Shown piece after piece: positions 28,176-38,028 of a DNA stretch of 54,573 nt. A model generated the notes under the pieces. That model was given only the letters and a program-made list of their open reading frames with translations. It was not told where the DNA came from and ran no database searches. This DNA is from Afipia sp. (GTDB lineage: Bacteria > Pseudomonadota > Alphaproteobacteria > Rhizobiales > Xanthobacteraceae), in NCBI GenBank assembly GCA_043784125.1, contig JAYVYQ010000071.1, positions 1 to 54,573 of the forward strand. The letters run 5' to 3'. A program made the translations under genes and the position numbers. Positions within the stretch are counted from its first letter, which is position 1. Every line of letters begins with the position of its first letter.

Positions 28176-29570
28176 TCAGGCTGACTTGCGCGCGGCGTTA
28201 TCGACCAGCGTCTTGCCGAGCGACCAGATTGCGCCGGGCACACGATGGCTGGCTTCGATGACGGAATCGAATGCCGTCTCGATCCACTTACAATCGTCAT
28301 TGTTGATCGTCAGCGGCGGGATCAACTTGATGGTGTGGCTGGCGTGGCCGGAGACCTGGCTGAGAATCTTGTGTTCTTTGAACAGCGGAATCGTGATGAG
28401 CTGGCAGAACAGCCCCTTGCTGGCAGTCTCCAGAAGATTCCACGACGCCTTGAGCGTCAGCGATTTGGGCGGCCCGAACTCGACGCCGATCATCAAGCCC
28501 TTGCCACGGACATCCTTCAGCAATTCATAACGGGGGATCATTGCCGACAGTGCCGACATGACCTGCGCGCCGCGCGTTGCGGCGTTCTCGATCACCTTTT
28601 CGGATTTCAACACATCGAGCGTCGCAATGCCGGCCGCCATCGCAAGATCGTTTTTCGCGAATGTTGAGCCGTGGACAACCGCGCGGTCCATGCGATCGAA
28701 TGTCTTGTCGAAAATTGCCTTGCGGGTCAGCACCGCGCCGACCGGGACGTGACCGCCCGACAGCGCCTTTGACAACAGCACCATGTCGGGTTCGACATTC
28801 CAGTGCTCGACAGCGAGGAAGCGACCGGTGCGGCCCATGCCGGTCTGAATTTCGTCGGCGACGAAGATTGTGCCGTAGCGTTTGCAGAGTGCAGCGACGC
28901 CGGAGAGATAACCGTCGTCGGGCGTGTTGACGCCCTTGCCTTGAATGGGCTCGACGACGAAGGCCGCGACCTGACGCGACGAGAGCGCTTTCTCCAGCGC
29001 CAGCAGATCGTTGAACGGGATTGCGGAGCAATCGGGCAGCAGCGGCCCGAAGCCGTCGCGAAAATTCTTGTCACCGGTCAGCGACAGCGATCCGTAGGAC
29101 AGACCGTGATAGGCGTGATCGCAATAGACGATCTGGGTGCGCCCGGTGGCGGCGCGCGTGAACTTGATCGCGGCTTCGACGCATTCGGTGCCTGAATTGG
29201 CGAAAAAGACCTTATCGAGATACGGCACCTGAGCGATCAGGCGTTCGGCGAGAATACCCGCGAGTGTCGACAGATCGAGTTGCACCAGATTTGGCAGATC
29301 GCTATCGAGGATGCTTTTGAGCGCGTCCTTGACCGTCGGATGATTTCGGCCGATCGCAAAAACGCCAAACCCGCTCAGAAGGTCGAGATAGCGGTCGCCG
29401 TCCCGGTCATAAAGATACTGGCCGTGCCCGCGCTGAAATCCGACATCATACCCGATCGTCTTGAGCACCCGGACGAGTTGCTCATTCAGATAGCGTGTAT
29501 GCAGAGCATTTCGCTGGAACTGGCGATCCGCGAACATCTCTGAAATGTCTAGATTGGGCTTCATCATCAT
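28176..29570 (-). CDS. hpnO: Aminobacteriohopanetriol aminotransferase (class III PLP enzyme)
   Basis: YLDLLSGFG, NSGTE, EPIQG, DEIQTGMGRTG, SKALSGG; position in the hopanoid cluster. Confidence 0.88.
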   Translation of the reverse strand: MMMKPNLDISEMFADRQFQRNALHTRYLNEQLVRVLKTIGYDVGFQRGHGQYLYDRDGDRYLDLLSGFGVFAIGRNHPTVKDALKSILDSDLPNLVQLDLSTLAGILAERLIAQVPYLDKVFFANSGTECVEAAIKFTRAATGRTQIVYCDHAYHGLSYGSLSLTGDKNFRDGFGPLLPDCSAIPFNDLLALEKALSSRQVAAFVVEPIQGKGVNTPDDGYLSGVAALCKRYGTIFVADEIQTGMGRTGRFLAVEHWNVEPDMVLLSKALSGGHVPVGAVLTRKAIFDKTFDRMDRAVVHGSTFAKNDLAMAAGIATLDVLKSEKVIENAATRGAQVMSALSAMIPRYELLKDVRGKGLMIGVEFGPPKSLTLKASWNLLETASKGLFCQLITIPLFKEHKILSQVSGHASHTIKLIPPLTINNDDCKWIETAFDSVIEASHRVPGAIWSLGKTLVDNAARKSA

Positions 29571-29691
29571 CTACATACTTCGGTTGCTGGGCGGGTAGTC
29601 AACCTAAAATAAAGTATGCGTCGATTTGCCTGTCTCTGGAACTACAAACGATTCTCATGCTTTAATCTGGTTGCAGCGCACGCGAGGATTC

Positions 29692-30318
29692 ATGCGAAAT
29701 ATAGCTCTTTGTGGAATGATTTTTCTAGGTGCGGCGAGCGCTGCCCATGCTGCTGACGCAACCGGCGAGTGGCGCGACCAGGACGGCAAGGCGACGATTC
29801 GTATCGTCGATTGCGGCTCCGCCCTTTGGGGCGTGATTGCCTCCGAAAAGGCACCCGGCCACCTCGACACCAACAATCCAGACAAGGGCATGCGCAGCCG
29901 CACCACGCTCGGCATGCCGATCCTTATCGACATGAAGAAATCCGAGGACGAGAAGGATACGTGGGAAGGTAAGATCTACGATCCGATTCGCGGCAAGCTG
30001 TTCGATTCCTCCATCGTCGCCAAAAATGCGACCACGTTGCGGGTCGAAGGCTGTGTGGCGATGGTTTTATGCGGCGGCCAGGACTGGACCCGCGTCGAGC
30101 CCGGCATGTCCGGATTCACCTATGGGCCGTCCGGCGGATGGGCAACCAAGGCAAATGCGCCCGGAGCGCCAAAAGCCTCGACGGCAATGCCGTTTCCGGC
30201 ACCGGCTGGGGCGCTTAAGAGCGCCGCTCCGAAAGGCGCAAAAGGTCCTGCCACCAATGACCCCGCAGCGGCCGAGATTTGCGCGCTTCCAGAGGTTGCG
30301 TCCGCGCCAGCCAAATAG
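29692..30318 (+). CDS. Secreted DUF2147 protein with a Pro/Ala-rich tail
   Basis: Signal peptide AHA-A; GEW, DTNNPD, WEGKIYDP..G, LRVEGCV..LCGGQDWTRV. Confidence 0.85.
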   Translation: MRNIALCGMIFLGAASAAHAADATGEWRDQDGKATIRIVDCGSALWGVIASEKAPGHLDTNNPDKGMRSRTTLGMPILIDMKKSEDEKDTWEGKIYDPIRGKLFDSSIVAKNATTLRVEGCVAMVLCGGQDWTRVEPGMSGFTYGPSGGWATKANAPGAPKASTAMPFPAPAGALKSAAPKGAKGPATNDPAAAEICALPEVASAPAK

Positions 30319-30333
30319 CGGCGCAAGCGGCTA

Positions 30334-32934
30334 TCACTTCTTCGCTTTCTCCACCTTGCGCGGGGCGCCCATCAGCGCGGGCTGAAACAGCACGGCGGCC
30401 GCCATCGTGGTCACCAGCGACAGCGCCAGCAATTTGCCCATGCTCGACGTGCCGGGATGACTGGACAGCCACAGGCTGCCGAACGCCGTTGCGGTGGTCA
30501 TGGCGCTGAAGAAGATCGCGCGCGTCAGGCTCGATTGCAGAAGCTTGGTCTGACCCGCGCGCCATGCCGTGACGTAATAGATTTTGAACGCCACACCGAT
30601 TCCGAGCAGGACCGGCAATGCGATGATGTTGGCGAAATTCATCGGCAAGCCGATCAGCACGCAAATCTCCAGCGTGACGACGCCTGCCAAAATAAGAGGC
30701 ACAAGCGTCAACAGCACGTCGCCGATCCGTTTCAAAACGATCCAGAGCAGGATCGAGATCGACAGCAGCGCCCAGAAGCCGGCATGGATGAACGCCTTCA
30801 CGATGGTGTCGCCGGACTTCAGGATCGAGATCGGTCCGCCGATCGCATCCGGTTGCACCTTCAAGACGGCAGCCGCAAATGTCCGTAACGTATCGTTGTC
30901 GTTCGGATCGCCTTTCGGCAGCGCTTCGATGCGTGTTCGCCCATCGCTTGTGGTCCAGTCGTTGACGATGTCGGCCGGCAGCGATTTCGCCGTGATCGGT
31001 TGCGCCTTGAAAAGGTTGCGAACCTGATCGAGTGCGATCTTCAACGGCGTGATGAACGTCGCTTCCGCTTTGTCACGCATCGGCTTATCCGCCTGCGCAA
31101 GTTTCTCCAGCGCATAGGCAAGACGCCGCTGCGCATCGGCGCCGGGACCGGAATCGTTTCCGGCAGCCTTGCGCAGGCTCTGCACGGATCCCTTCAATGC
31201 ACCGACGTTTTCGGCGTCGGTCGGAGGCGTGCCCGGCTGTGCGGGTTTCAGCACGGTATCCAGCCCCGCTGCGGCCTTGCGGATAATTCCGAGCTTGGCC
31301 TGCTGATCGTCGGGAATGAACGTGTCGAACGACAGCACACGTGAAACTTCCGGCAGTTTCGCGAGGCTTGCCTGAATTTCGCGCGCCGCCGCAGGCGACG
31401 CCGCAATCACGTCGATCGCGTTGGTGCCCGTATTGGGATCGCGCCGCAGATCGAGATAGGTGGCGATCGATTCCACCTTCGGGCTGCGCAGATTCATCGG
31501 ATTGAAGTCGAAGTGCAGGAAATAAAGCAGCGGCAGGCCCATGATTGCGACGCCGAGCGTGCAGACAACGACCGCGATGCGGTGGCGTTCGAGGAAATCA
31601 TCGACCGGCGCGAGAAATTTATATCCGAGCGGTTCTTCCTCGCCGGGCGGATTGAATACGGCAATCAGCGCGGGCAACACGGTGACCGCCGCAAAGAAGG
31701 CGATAATCATTCCGGCGCCGGCAATTTTGCCAAGCTCCGATACGCCCTTGTATTCGGTCGGCAGGAACGACAGGAAACCGCAGGCGGTGGCGACTGCGGC
31801 CAGCGTCAGCGGCACGGCGGAATATTCGCCGGCTTTGACCAGCGCGGGAAGCAGCTCGTCGTTGGCATGGCGTTCGGCGCGATAGCGCACGCTGTATTGG
31901 ATGCCGAAATCCACGCCGAGGCCGACGAACAAAACGAAGAATGCAATCGAGATCAGATTGAATGCGCCGACCAGCATCAGCGCTGCGGCCGTTGTGATCG
32001 ACAGGCCGACGATCAGCGTGATGAAGACCGCGATGATGATCTTCGGCGATTTCAAAGCGCACCACAGGATGAACAGCACGATGAGAATGGTCGCGATGCC
32101 ATTTTCCACCGCGCCGTCCTGGACGGTGGCGAATTCTTCATTTGCAATCGGAACTGGACCGGTCAGCCGGACGCGCGCGCCGTAAAGTCCTGCGAGATTG
32201 AGGTCCTGGACCGATTTGCGGATGGCCGCCGTCGCAGCCCCGCCCGGTTCGAGCGATTTGAAATCCAGCACGGGGCGGATCGCAATCAACTGGCGAAGGT
32301 CGGATGCAGAAAGCGGCTCGCTGCTCGACAGCGCTCGCCATGAAAACCATGCGGGCTTGCCGGCCAGCACCGTCTCGACGGTCTCGGCCACCATGTTCAG
32401 CGGACGCGCCATCGAATCGCGCGTGTAGCGTCCCCGAATGGCACCGCCCAGACCGAACTCCAGCACGCCGGTCAGGCCGCGGATGCTCGGATCGTCCACC
32501 AGAATGCTGAAAATCGGCGCGCCCTGGACAAGCTGCGCGGTCTGCTTGGCCACTTCGGGCGTCGGCAGGAACAAAAGGCCATTATTATCGAAAAATGGCC
32601 CCCCGCCGGGCCGTTCGACTGCAATAAACCTGTCTTTTTGGGGAATCAGCTTCCGTTCGAGGGCGTTGGCCGCCTGACGGGCCATCTCGGGGGACGGGGC
32701 CTCGACCACCGCCAGAATCAGGTCATGCTTACCGGGAAAGGCCTTGTCATAGGCGATTTCGCGCTGCCGCCAGTCAATATCGGGCGAAATCAGCTTGGCG
32801 ACGTCGGTATTGATGGCGAAGTTGCGAACCGAGTAAACAACAGCGGCGACCGCCACAATTAGCCCAATTGTGAGGACTAACCATGCGAACCGCGTGCAGA
32901 ATCGCACAAGTGAAACAATGATCCTTGTCAGCAC
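30334..32934 (-). CDS. hpnN: Hopanoid transporter HpnN (MMPL/RND); GTG start inferred
   Basis: FAINTD, GLGVDFGIQ, GIGVAFKIY, TATAFGSLWLSSHPGTSSMG. Confidence 0.92.
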   Translation of the reverse strand: MLTRIIVSLVRFCTRFAWLVLTIGLIVAVAAVVYSVRNFAINTDVAKLISPDIDWRQREIAYDKAFPGKHDLILAVVEAPSPEMARQAANALERKLIPQKDRFIAVERPGGGPFFDNNGLLFLPTPEVAKQTAQLVQGAPIFSILVDDPSIRGLTGVLEFGLGGAIRGRYTRDSMARPLNMVAETVETVLAGKPAWFSWRALSSSEPLSASDLRQLIAIRPVLDFKSLEPGGAATAAIRKSVQDLNLAGLYGARVRLTGPVPIANEEFATVQDGAVENGIATILIVLFILWCALKSPKIIIAVFITLIVGLSITTAAALMLVGAFNLISIAFFVLFVGLGVDFGIQYSVRYRAERHANDELLPALVKAGEYSAVPLTLAAVATACGFLSFLPTEYKGVSELGKIAGAGMIIAFFAAVTVLPALIAVFNPPGEEEPLGYKFLAPVDDFLERHRIAVVVCTLGVAIMGLPLLYFLHFDFNPMNLRSPKVESIATYLDLRRDPNTGTNAIDVIAASPAAAREIQASLAKLPEVSRVLSFDTFIPDDQQAKLGIIRKAAAGLDTVLKPAQPGTPPTDAENVGALKGSVQSLRKAAGNDSGPGADAQRRLAYALEKLAQADKPMRDKAEATFITPLKIALDQVRNLFKAQPITAKSLPADIVNDWTTSDGRTRIEALPKGDPNDNDTLRTFAAAVLKVQPDAIGGPISILKSGDTIVKAFIHAGFWALLSISILLWIVLKRIGDVLLTLVPLILAGVVTLEICVLIGLPMNFANIIALPVLLGIGVAFKIYYVTAWRAGQTKLLQSSLTRAIFFSAMTTATAFGSLWLSSHPGTSSMGKLLALSLVTTMAAAVLFQPALMGAPRKVEKAKK

Positions 32935-33106
32935 AGATTTTCTTTCTATGTCTTGCGGCCGGGTGGGCTTTGGCGGAACTGCTTGGCGGTTAGGCAGGTA
33001 TCTGTCGGGGTTCAAACGATGCCCTTAAGTCACACAATAGTGGCATAACATCAGCAGTTCCTCACAATTACTGCTGAATAGCTGCCATAATGCTACACTG
33101 CAATAT

Positions 33107-33121
33107 GTTCCTATCCTGTTC
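33107..33121. promoter_or_regulatory. LexA (SOS) box-like GTTC-N7-GTTC upstream of dxs
   Basis: tGTTCctatcctGTTCt, 24 nt upstream of the dxs ATG and just downstream of an extended -10-like TGcTACACT (33091-33099). Confidence 0.65.
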
Positions 33122-33145
33122 TCCTGTCGCACTGGAAGCCTTGGT

Positions 33146-35062
33146 ATGACCTCATCGACCCCATTGCTCGACGCCATCAAGTCACCGGCCGATCTCCGCA
33201 AAATGAAGGAGAGCGATCTGCCTCAAGTCGCAGCAGAACTGCGCGCTGAGACGATCAATGCCGTGGCCGTCACCGGCGGACATCTTGGTTCCGGTCTGGG
33301 CGTCGTGGAATTGACCGTAGCGATCCATCATGTCTTCAATACGCCAAACGACCGCGTCATTTGGGACGTCGGCCATCAGGCTTATCCCCATAAAATTCTG
33401 ACCGAGCGCCGCGACCGCATTCGCACTCTGCGTCAGGGCGGCGGTCTGTCCGGCTTCACCAAGCGGGCGGAAAGCAAATACGATTGTTTCGGCGCAGCGC
33501 ACTCCTCGACCTCGATCTCGGCGGGCCTCGGCATGGCTGTGGCGCGCGATCTCGCAGGCGAAGAGCGCAACATTATCGCAGTGATCGGTGACGGCGCGAT
33601 GTCGGCCGGCATGGCCTATGAGGCGATGAACAATGCGGGTGCGATGGACTCGCGCCTGATCGTGATTCTCAATGACAACGAGATGTCGATTGCGCCGCCG
33701 GTCGGCGCGATGTCGTCCTATCTGTCGCGCCTCACCTCTAGCAACACCTATCGTTCGATCCGCGAGATCGGAAAGCAGATCGCCAAGCGGCTTCCCAAGT
33801 TCATGGAAAAGGGCGCACAGCGCGCCGAGGAATACGCACGTGGCATGTTGTCGGGCGGCACGCTGTTCGAGGAACTCGGCTTCTATTACGTCGGCCCAAT
33901 CGACGGCCACAACATGGACCATCTTCTGCCCGTTCTGAAGAACGTGCGCGACTCCAAGGTCGGCCCGACGCTGATCCATGTCGTGACCGAAAAGGGCAAG
34001 GGCTACGTCCACGCCGAAACGTCAGCCGACAAATATCACGGTGTCGTCAAATTCGACGTCGCCACCGGCAAGCAGGCGAAGGCACAGGCCAACGCGCCGT
34101 CCTACACCAAGGTGTTTGGCGAGACGCTGGTCAAGGAAGCCGAGCGCGACGACAAGATCGTCGGCATCACCGCCGCCATGCCGGGCGGCACCGGCATCGA
34201 CATTTTCGCCAAGGCCTTCCCTACCCGCACTTTCGACGTCGGCATCGCCGAACAGCATGGCGTAACTTTCGCCGCTGGCCTCGCTTCTGAGGGCATGAAG
34301 CCGGTTGTTGCGATCTACTCGACCTTCCTGCAGCGCGCCTACGATCAGGTCGTGCATGACGTCGCGATCCAGAAGCTTCCCGTGCGTTTCGCGATCGATC
34401 GCGCAGGCCTTGTCGGCGCCGACGGCCCGACGCATGCAGGTTCGTTCGATATTGCGTATCTCGGCTGCCTGCCGAATTTCGTCATTATGGCCGCCGCAGA
34501 CGAAGCCGAACTTCGTCACATGGTCGCCACGTCAATCGCCATCGACGACACGCCATCGGCATTCCGTTTCCCGCGCGGCGACGGTGTCGGCGTTGAAATG
34601 CCATCGATGGGCACGCCGCTCGAAATCGGCAAGGGCCGCATCGTGCGCGAAGGCTCGTCCGTGGCGCTGCTGTCGCTCGGCACACGCCTCGCCGAATGCC
34701 TGAAGGCTGCAGACGTTCTAAAATCCCACGGATTGACGACGACGGTGGCCGATGCTCGTTTTGCGAAGCCCGTCGATACCGATCTGATTCTGCGTCTGGC
34801 GCGCGAACACGAAGTTCTCGTGGTTGTCGAAGAAGGCTCGATCGGCGGCTTCGGTGCGCAGGTGTTCCAGACGCTGTCCGATCACGGCGCGCTCGACAAG
34901 GGATTGAAGGTTCGCTCGATGGTCCTTCCGGATACGTTCATCGATCAGGATTCACCCGCCGCGATGTATGCGAAGGCCGGCCTCGACGCCAAGGGCATCG
35001 TGATCCGCGTATTCGAGGCGCTGGGCCGCGAAAAAGATATCGGCGCGGTGCAGCTTGCTTAA
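33146..35062 (+). CDS. dxs: 1-deoxy-D-xylulose-5-phosphate synthase
   Basis: [19 protein letters not shown]...NDN TPP motif, IAEQH, DRAG. Confidence 0.97.
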   Translation: MTSSTPLLDAIKSPADLRKMKESDLPQVAAELRAETINAVAVTGGHLGSGLGVVELTVAIHHVFNTPNDRVIWDVGHQAYPHKILTERRDRIRTLRQGGGLSGFTKRAESKYDCFGAAHSSTSISAGLGMAVARDLAGEERNIIAVIGDGAMSAGMAYEAMNNAGAMDSRLIVILNDNEMSIAPPVGAMSSYLSRLTSSNTYRSIREIGKQIAKRLPKFMEKGAQRAEEYARGMLSGGTLFEELGFYYVGPIDGHNMDHLLPVLKNVRDSKVGPTLIHVVTEKGKGYVHAETSADKYHGVVKFDVATGKQAKAQANAPSYTKVFGETLVKEAERDDKIVGITAAMPGGTGIDIFAKAFPTRTFDVGIAEQHGVTFAAGLASEGMKPVVAIYSTFLQRAYDQVVHDVAIQKLPVRFAIDRAGLVGADGPTHAGSFDIAYLGCLPNFVIMAAADEAELRHMVATSIAIDDTPSAFRFPRGDGVGVEMPSMGTPLEIGKGRIVREGSSVALLSLGTRLAECLKAADVLKSHGLTTTVADARFAKPVDTDLILRLAREHEVLVVVEEGSIGGFGAQVFQTLSDHGALDKGLKVRSMVLPDTFIDQDSPAAMYAKAGLDAKGIVIRVFEALGREKDIGAVQLA

Positions 35063-35084
35063 TCACGCTCCCAAGAAACCAGCG

Positions 35085-36044
35085 ATGAAAATCCTGCTGG
35101 CCCAGCCGCGCGGATTTTGCGCGGGCGTCGTGCGTGCGATCGAGATCGTCGAACGCGCGCTAGAGAAATATGGCCCGCCGGTCTATGTGCGTCACGAGAT
35201 CGTTCACAACAAATACGTCGTCGAAAGCCTCAAGGCCAAGGGCGCGGTGTTCGTCGAGGATCTGCACGAAGTCCCCGCCAATGCGATCACGGTGTTCAGC
35301 GCGCATGGCGTGGCAAAAAGCGTCGAGGAGGAAGCGGCTGCACGCGGCCTTCCCGTCCTCAATGCGACCTGTCCCCTCGTCACGAAAGTTCACAATCAGG
35401 GCAAGCGCTACGTCTCAAGGGGACGGCGTCTGGTACTGATCGGCCATGAAGGCCATCCGGAAGTCGTTGGAACCATGGGTCAGGTGCCCGGTCCGGTGAT
35501 CCTTGTGCAGAGCGTGGAAGACGTTGCCGCCCTCGATCTGCCGAGCAACGAGCCGGTTGCCTACATCACGCAAACGACCCTCAGCGTCGATGACACCAAG
35601 GACATCATTTCCGCGCTGGAAGAACGGTTCCCCGATATCGAGGGTCCCGATACGCGCGATATTTGCTACGCGACACAAAATCGCCAGTCTTCCGTCCGAG
35701 ACCTCTGCAAGCACGTCGATCTCATTCTCGTGGTCGGCGCCACCAACAGCTCCAACTCCAATCGGCTGCGCGAAATCGGAACCGAAGAAGGTCTTCCGAG
35801 CTACCTCGTTTCCGACGGTAGCCAGCTCAATCCGGATTGGCTCAAGGGCGTCAAAACCGTCGGCATCACCGCCGGCGCATCGGCTCCCGAAGTTCTGGTC
35901 GATGACGTGATCGACGCTCTGCGCCGCATCGGCCCCGTCACCGTCTCGGTTCTGCCGGGCCGTGAAGAAAACATCGAATTCAGGCTGCCGGCCGAACTCG
36001 TTTCGCGTCAGCCGCAATTTTCACCCGCGATGCAAGAAAGATAG
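35085..36044 (+). CDS. ispH: 4-hydroxy-3-methylbut-2-enyl diphosphate reductase
   Basis: [23 protein letters not shown] (three Fe-S Cys), HPE, SSNS, TAGASAP. Confidence 0.97.
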   Translation: MKILLAQPRGFCAGVVRAIEIVERALEKYGPPVYVRHEIVHNKYVVESLKAKGAVFVEDLHEVPANAITVFSAHGVAKSVEEEAAARGLPVLNATCPLVTKVHNQGKRYVSRGRRLVLIGHEGHPEVVGTMGQVPGPVILVQSVEDVAALDLPSNEPVAYITQTTLSVDDTKDIISALEERFPDIEGPDTRDICYATQNRQSSVRDLCKHVDLILVVGATNSSNSNRLREIGTEEGLPSYLVSDGSQLNPDWLKGVKTVGITAGASAPEVLVDDVIDALRRIGPVTVSVLPGREENIEFRLPAELVSRQPQFSPAMQER

Positions 36045-36048
36045 TTTT

Positions 36049-37248
36049 ATGGCCATACCGTTTTTCAAAGAGATCAAGATCGGCGCTTATCTGGTGAACC
36101 AGAAGCTCAAGGGCAACAAGCGCTATCCGCTGGTGCTGATGCTTGAGCCGCTGTTTCGCTGCAACCTTGCATGCGTCGGCTGCGGCAAGATCGATTACCC
36201 GGATGCGATCCTGAACCGCCGCATGTCGGCACAGGAATGCTGGGATGCCGCCGAGGAATGCGGCGCGCCGATGGTTGCGATCCCGGGCGGCGAACCGCTG
36301 ATCCACAAGGAGATCGGCGAGATCGTGCGCGGCCTGGTCGAGCGCAAGAAATTTGTCTCGCTCTGCACCAACGCCTTGCTGCTTGAGAAGAAGCTCGATC
36401 TGTTCGAGCCGTCGCCCTACCTGTTCTTCTCGATCCATCTCGACGGATTGCGCGATCATCACGACAAGGCGGTCTCTCAGGTCGGCACCTTCGACCGCGC
36501 CGTGTCCGCGATCAAGGCCGCGAAGGCAAAGGGCTTTGCCGTCAACGTCAACGCGACCATCTTCGATGGCCACGCCGCCGAAGACATCGCCAAGTTCCTC
36601 GACTTCACCACCGAACTCGGCGTCGGCGTTTCGATGTCGCCCGGTTATGCGTATGAGCGCGCTCCCGATCAGGAGCACTTCCTCAACCGCACCAAGACCA
36701 AGAAGCTGTTCCGCGACGTGTTCGCACTCGGCAAGGGCAAGAAGTGGAATTTCATGCACTCCGGCCTGTTCCTCGACTTCCTCGCCGGAAATCAGGAATA
36801 CGAGTGCAAGCCTTGGGGCATGCCTGCGCGCAACATCTTCGGATGGCAGAAGCCGTGCTATCTGCTCTCTGAAGGCTACACCAAGACCTTCAAGGAATTG
36901 ATGGAAACCACCGATTGGGAAACCTACGGCACCGGCAAATACGCCAAGTGCGCCGACTGCATGGCGCATTGCGGTTACGAGCCGACGGCTGCTGACGCTG
37001 CCCTCACCAATCCGCTGAAGGCAATGTGGGTGTCGCTGCGCGGTGTGAAGACCACCGGCCCGATGGCGCCGGAAATCGATCTGAGCAAGCAGCGTCCGGC
37101 ACAATACACCTACTCATCGGACGTGCAGAAGCGGCTGTCGGAGATTCGCGCCGATGAAGCCAAGGCTGCCGAGGCGAAAGCCGCGAAGCTCGCGGCCGCA
37201 ACCGCCCAGAAAGCATCCGCAGCACAAGGTGCTTCGACCGCGGCCTGA
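36049..37248 (+). CDS. hpnH: Adenosylhopane synthase, radical SAM
   Basis: YPLVLMLEPLFRCNLACVGCGKIDYP, GWQKPCYL, CADCMAHCGYE. Confidence 0.96.
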   Translation: MAIPFFKEIKIGAYLVNQKLKGNKRYPLVLMLEPLFRCNLACVGCGKIDYPDAILNRRMSAQECWDAAEECGAPMVAIPGGEPLIHKEIGEIVRGLVERKKFVSLCTNALLLEKKLDLFEPSPYLFFSIHLDGLRDHHDKAVSQVGTFDRAVSAIKAAKAKGFAVNVNATIFDGHAAEDIAKFLDFTTELGVGVSMSPGYAYERAPDQEHFLNRTKTKKLFRDVFALGKGKKWNFMHSGLFLDFLAGNQEYECKPWGMPARNIFGWQKPCYLLSEGYTKTFKELMETTDWETYGTGKYAKCADCMAHCGYEPTAADAALTNPLKAMWVSLRGVKTTGPMAPEIDLSKQRPAQYTYSSDVQKRLSEIRADEAKAAEAKAAKLAAATAQKASAAQGASTAA

Positions 37249-37268
37249 TTTCAGATCGCACTCAATCC

Positions 37269-37298
37269 AAAGGCGCGAGCATATCTCGCGCCTTTTTT
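37269..37298. terminator. Likely bidirectional terminator between hpnH and hpnG
   Basis: AAAGGCGCGAG-CATAT-CTCGCGCCTTTTTT. Confidence 0.85.
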
Positions 37299-37320
37299 AT
37301 TGCGATGAGATTCGAAAAGG

Positions 37321-38028
37321 TCAGCCCAGCGCGCTGCGGCAACCGCGCAGCGAACGAAGTGCGCGATTGAAATCGCGTCCGGTCGAAATCAGATGCGGGA
37401 TGGTGCGCGGGTTGCGCGCGATGCCACGCATGACTTTCCACACATCGACATTGCCGTTCGGCTTGATCGCATTTAGCGTGATTTCAGGCAGCGCCCGATG
37501 CGAAGGATCGCTGATGACGCGCACGGCTGCAAACGGCAATCCATTCTCTGCCGCATAGCGCACAGCGATATGGCTTTCCATATCCACCGCATCCGCACCC
37601 GTGGTGGCACGTAACGCCGCTTTGCCGATCTGCCCGGTCACAACTTGCTCAACGCCGACAAGAACGCCATGCACGATCGAGCGACCGCGTTTCATCGGAA
37701 GGGCGATCAGATTTTCCGTCAGATGCGCCGCAGTATCCCATCGCTGCTTGGCAGCGACGATCTCGGAGGCAACAACGATGTCGCCGGTCTTGAGCGCAGG
37801 GTTAAGTCCACCCGCGACGCCGAACGACACGATCCCGCGAATGCTCTTGGGGTCGACCGACGTCATCATTTCACGAAGCTGTTCGGGATTGCTTGAGCTG
37901 CAGATGACGGCGAGTCCGGGGCCTGCAGCGATGCGGGCCTCCTGCTTCAAACCGGTCACGATCAGGACCGGCAATCCATCACGTTCAGTAGCAACGTGGG
38001 AGGCCCGAAAGCCCGCGCCTATATTCAC
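37321..38028 (-). CDS. hpnG: Hopanoid-associated nucleosidase/phosphorylase
   Basis: VTGLKQEARIA, SFGVAGGL, AVDMES, RVISDP; start overlaps the shc stop. Confidence 0.92.
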   Translation of the reverse strand: MNIGAGFRASHVATERDGLPVLIVTGLKQEARIAAGPGLAVICSSSNPEQLREMMTSVDPKSIRGIVSFGVAGGLNPALKTGDIVVASEIVAAKQRWDTAAHLTENLIALPMKRGRSIVHGVLVGVEQVVTGQIGKAALRATTGADAVDMESHIAVRYAAENGLPFAAVRVISDPSHRALPEITLNAIKPNGNVDVWKVMRGIARNPRTIPHLISTGRDFNRALRSLRGCRSALG

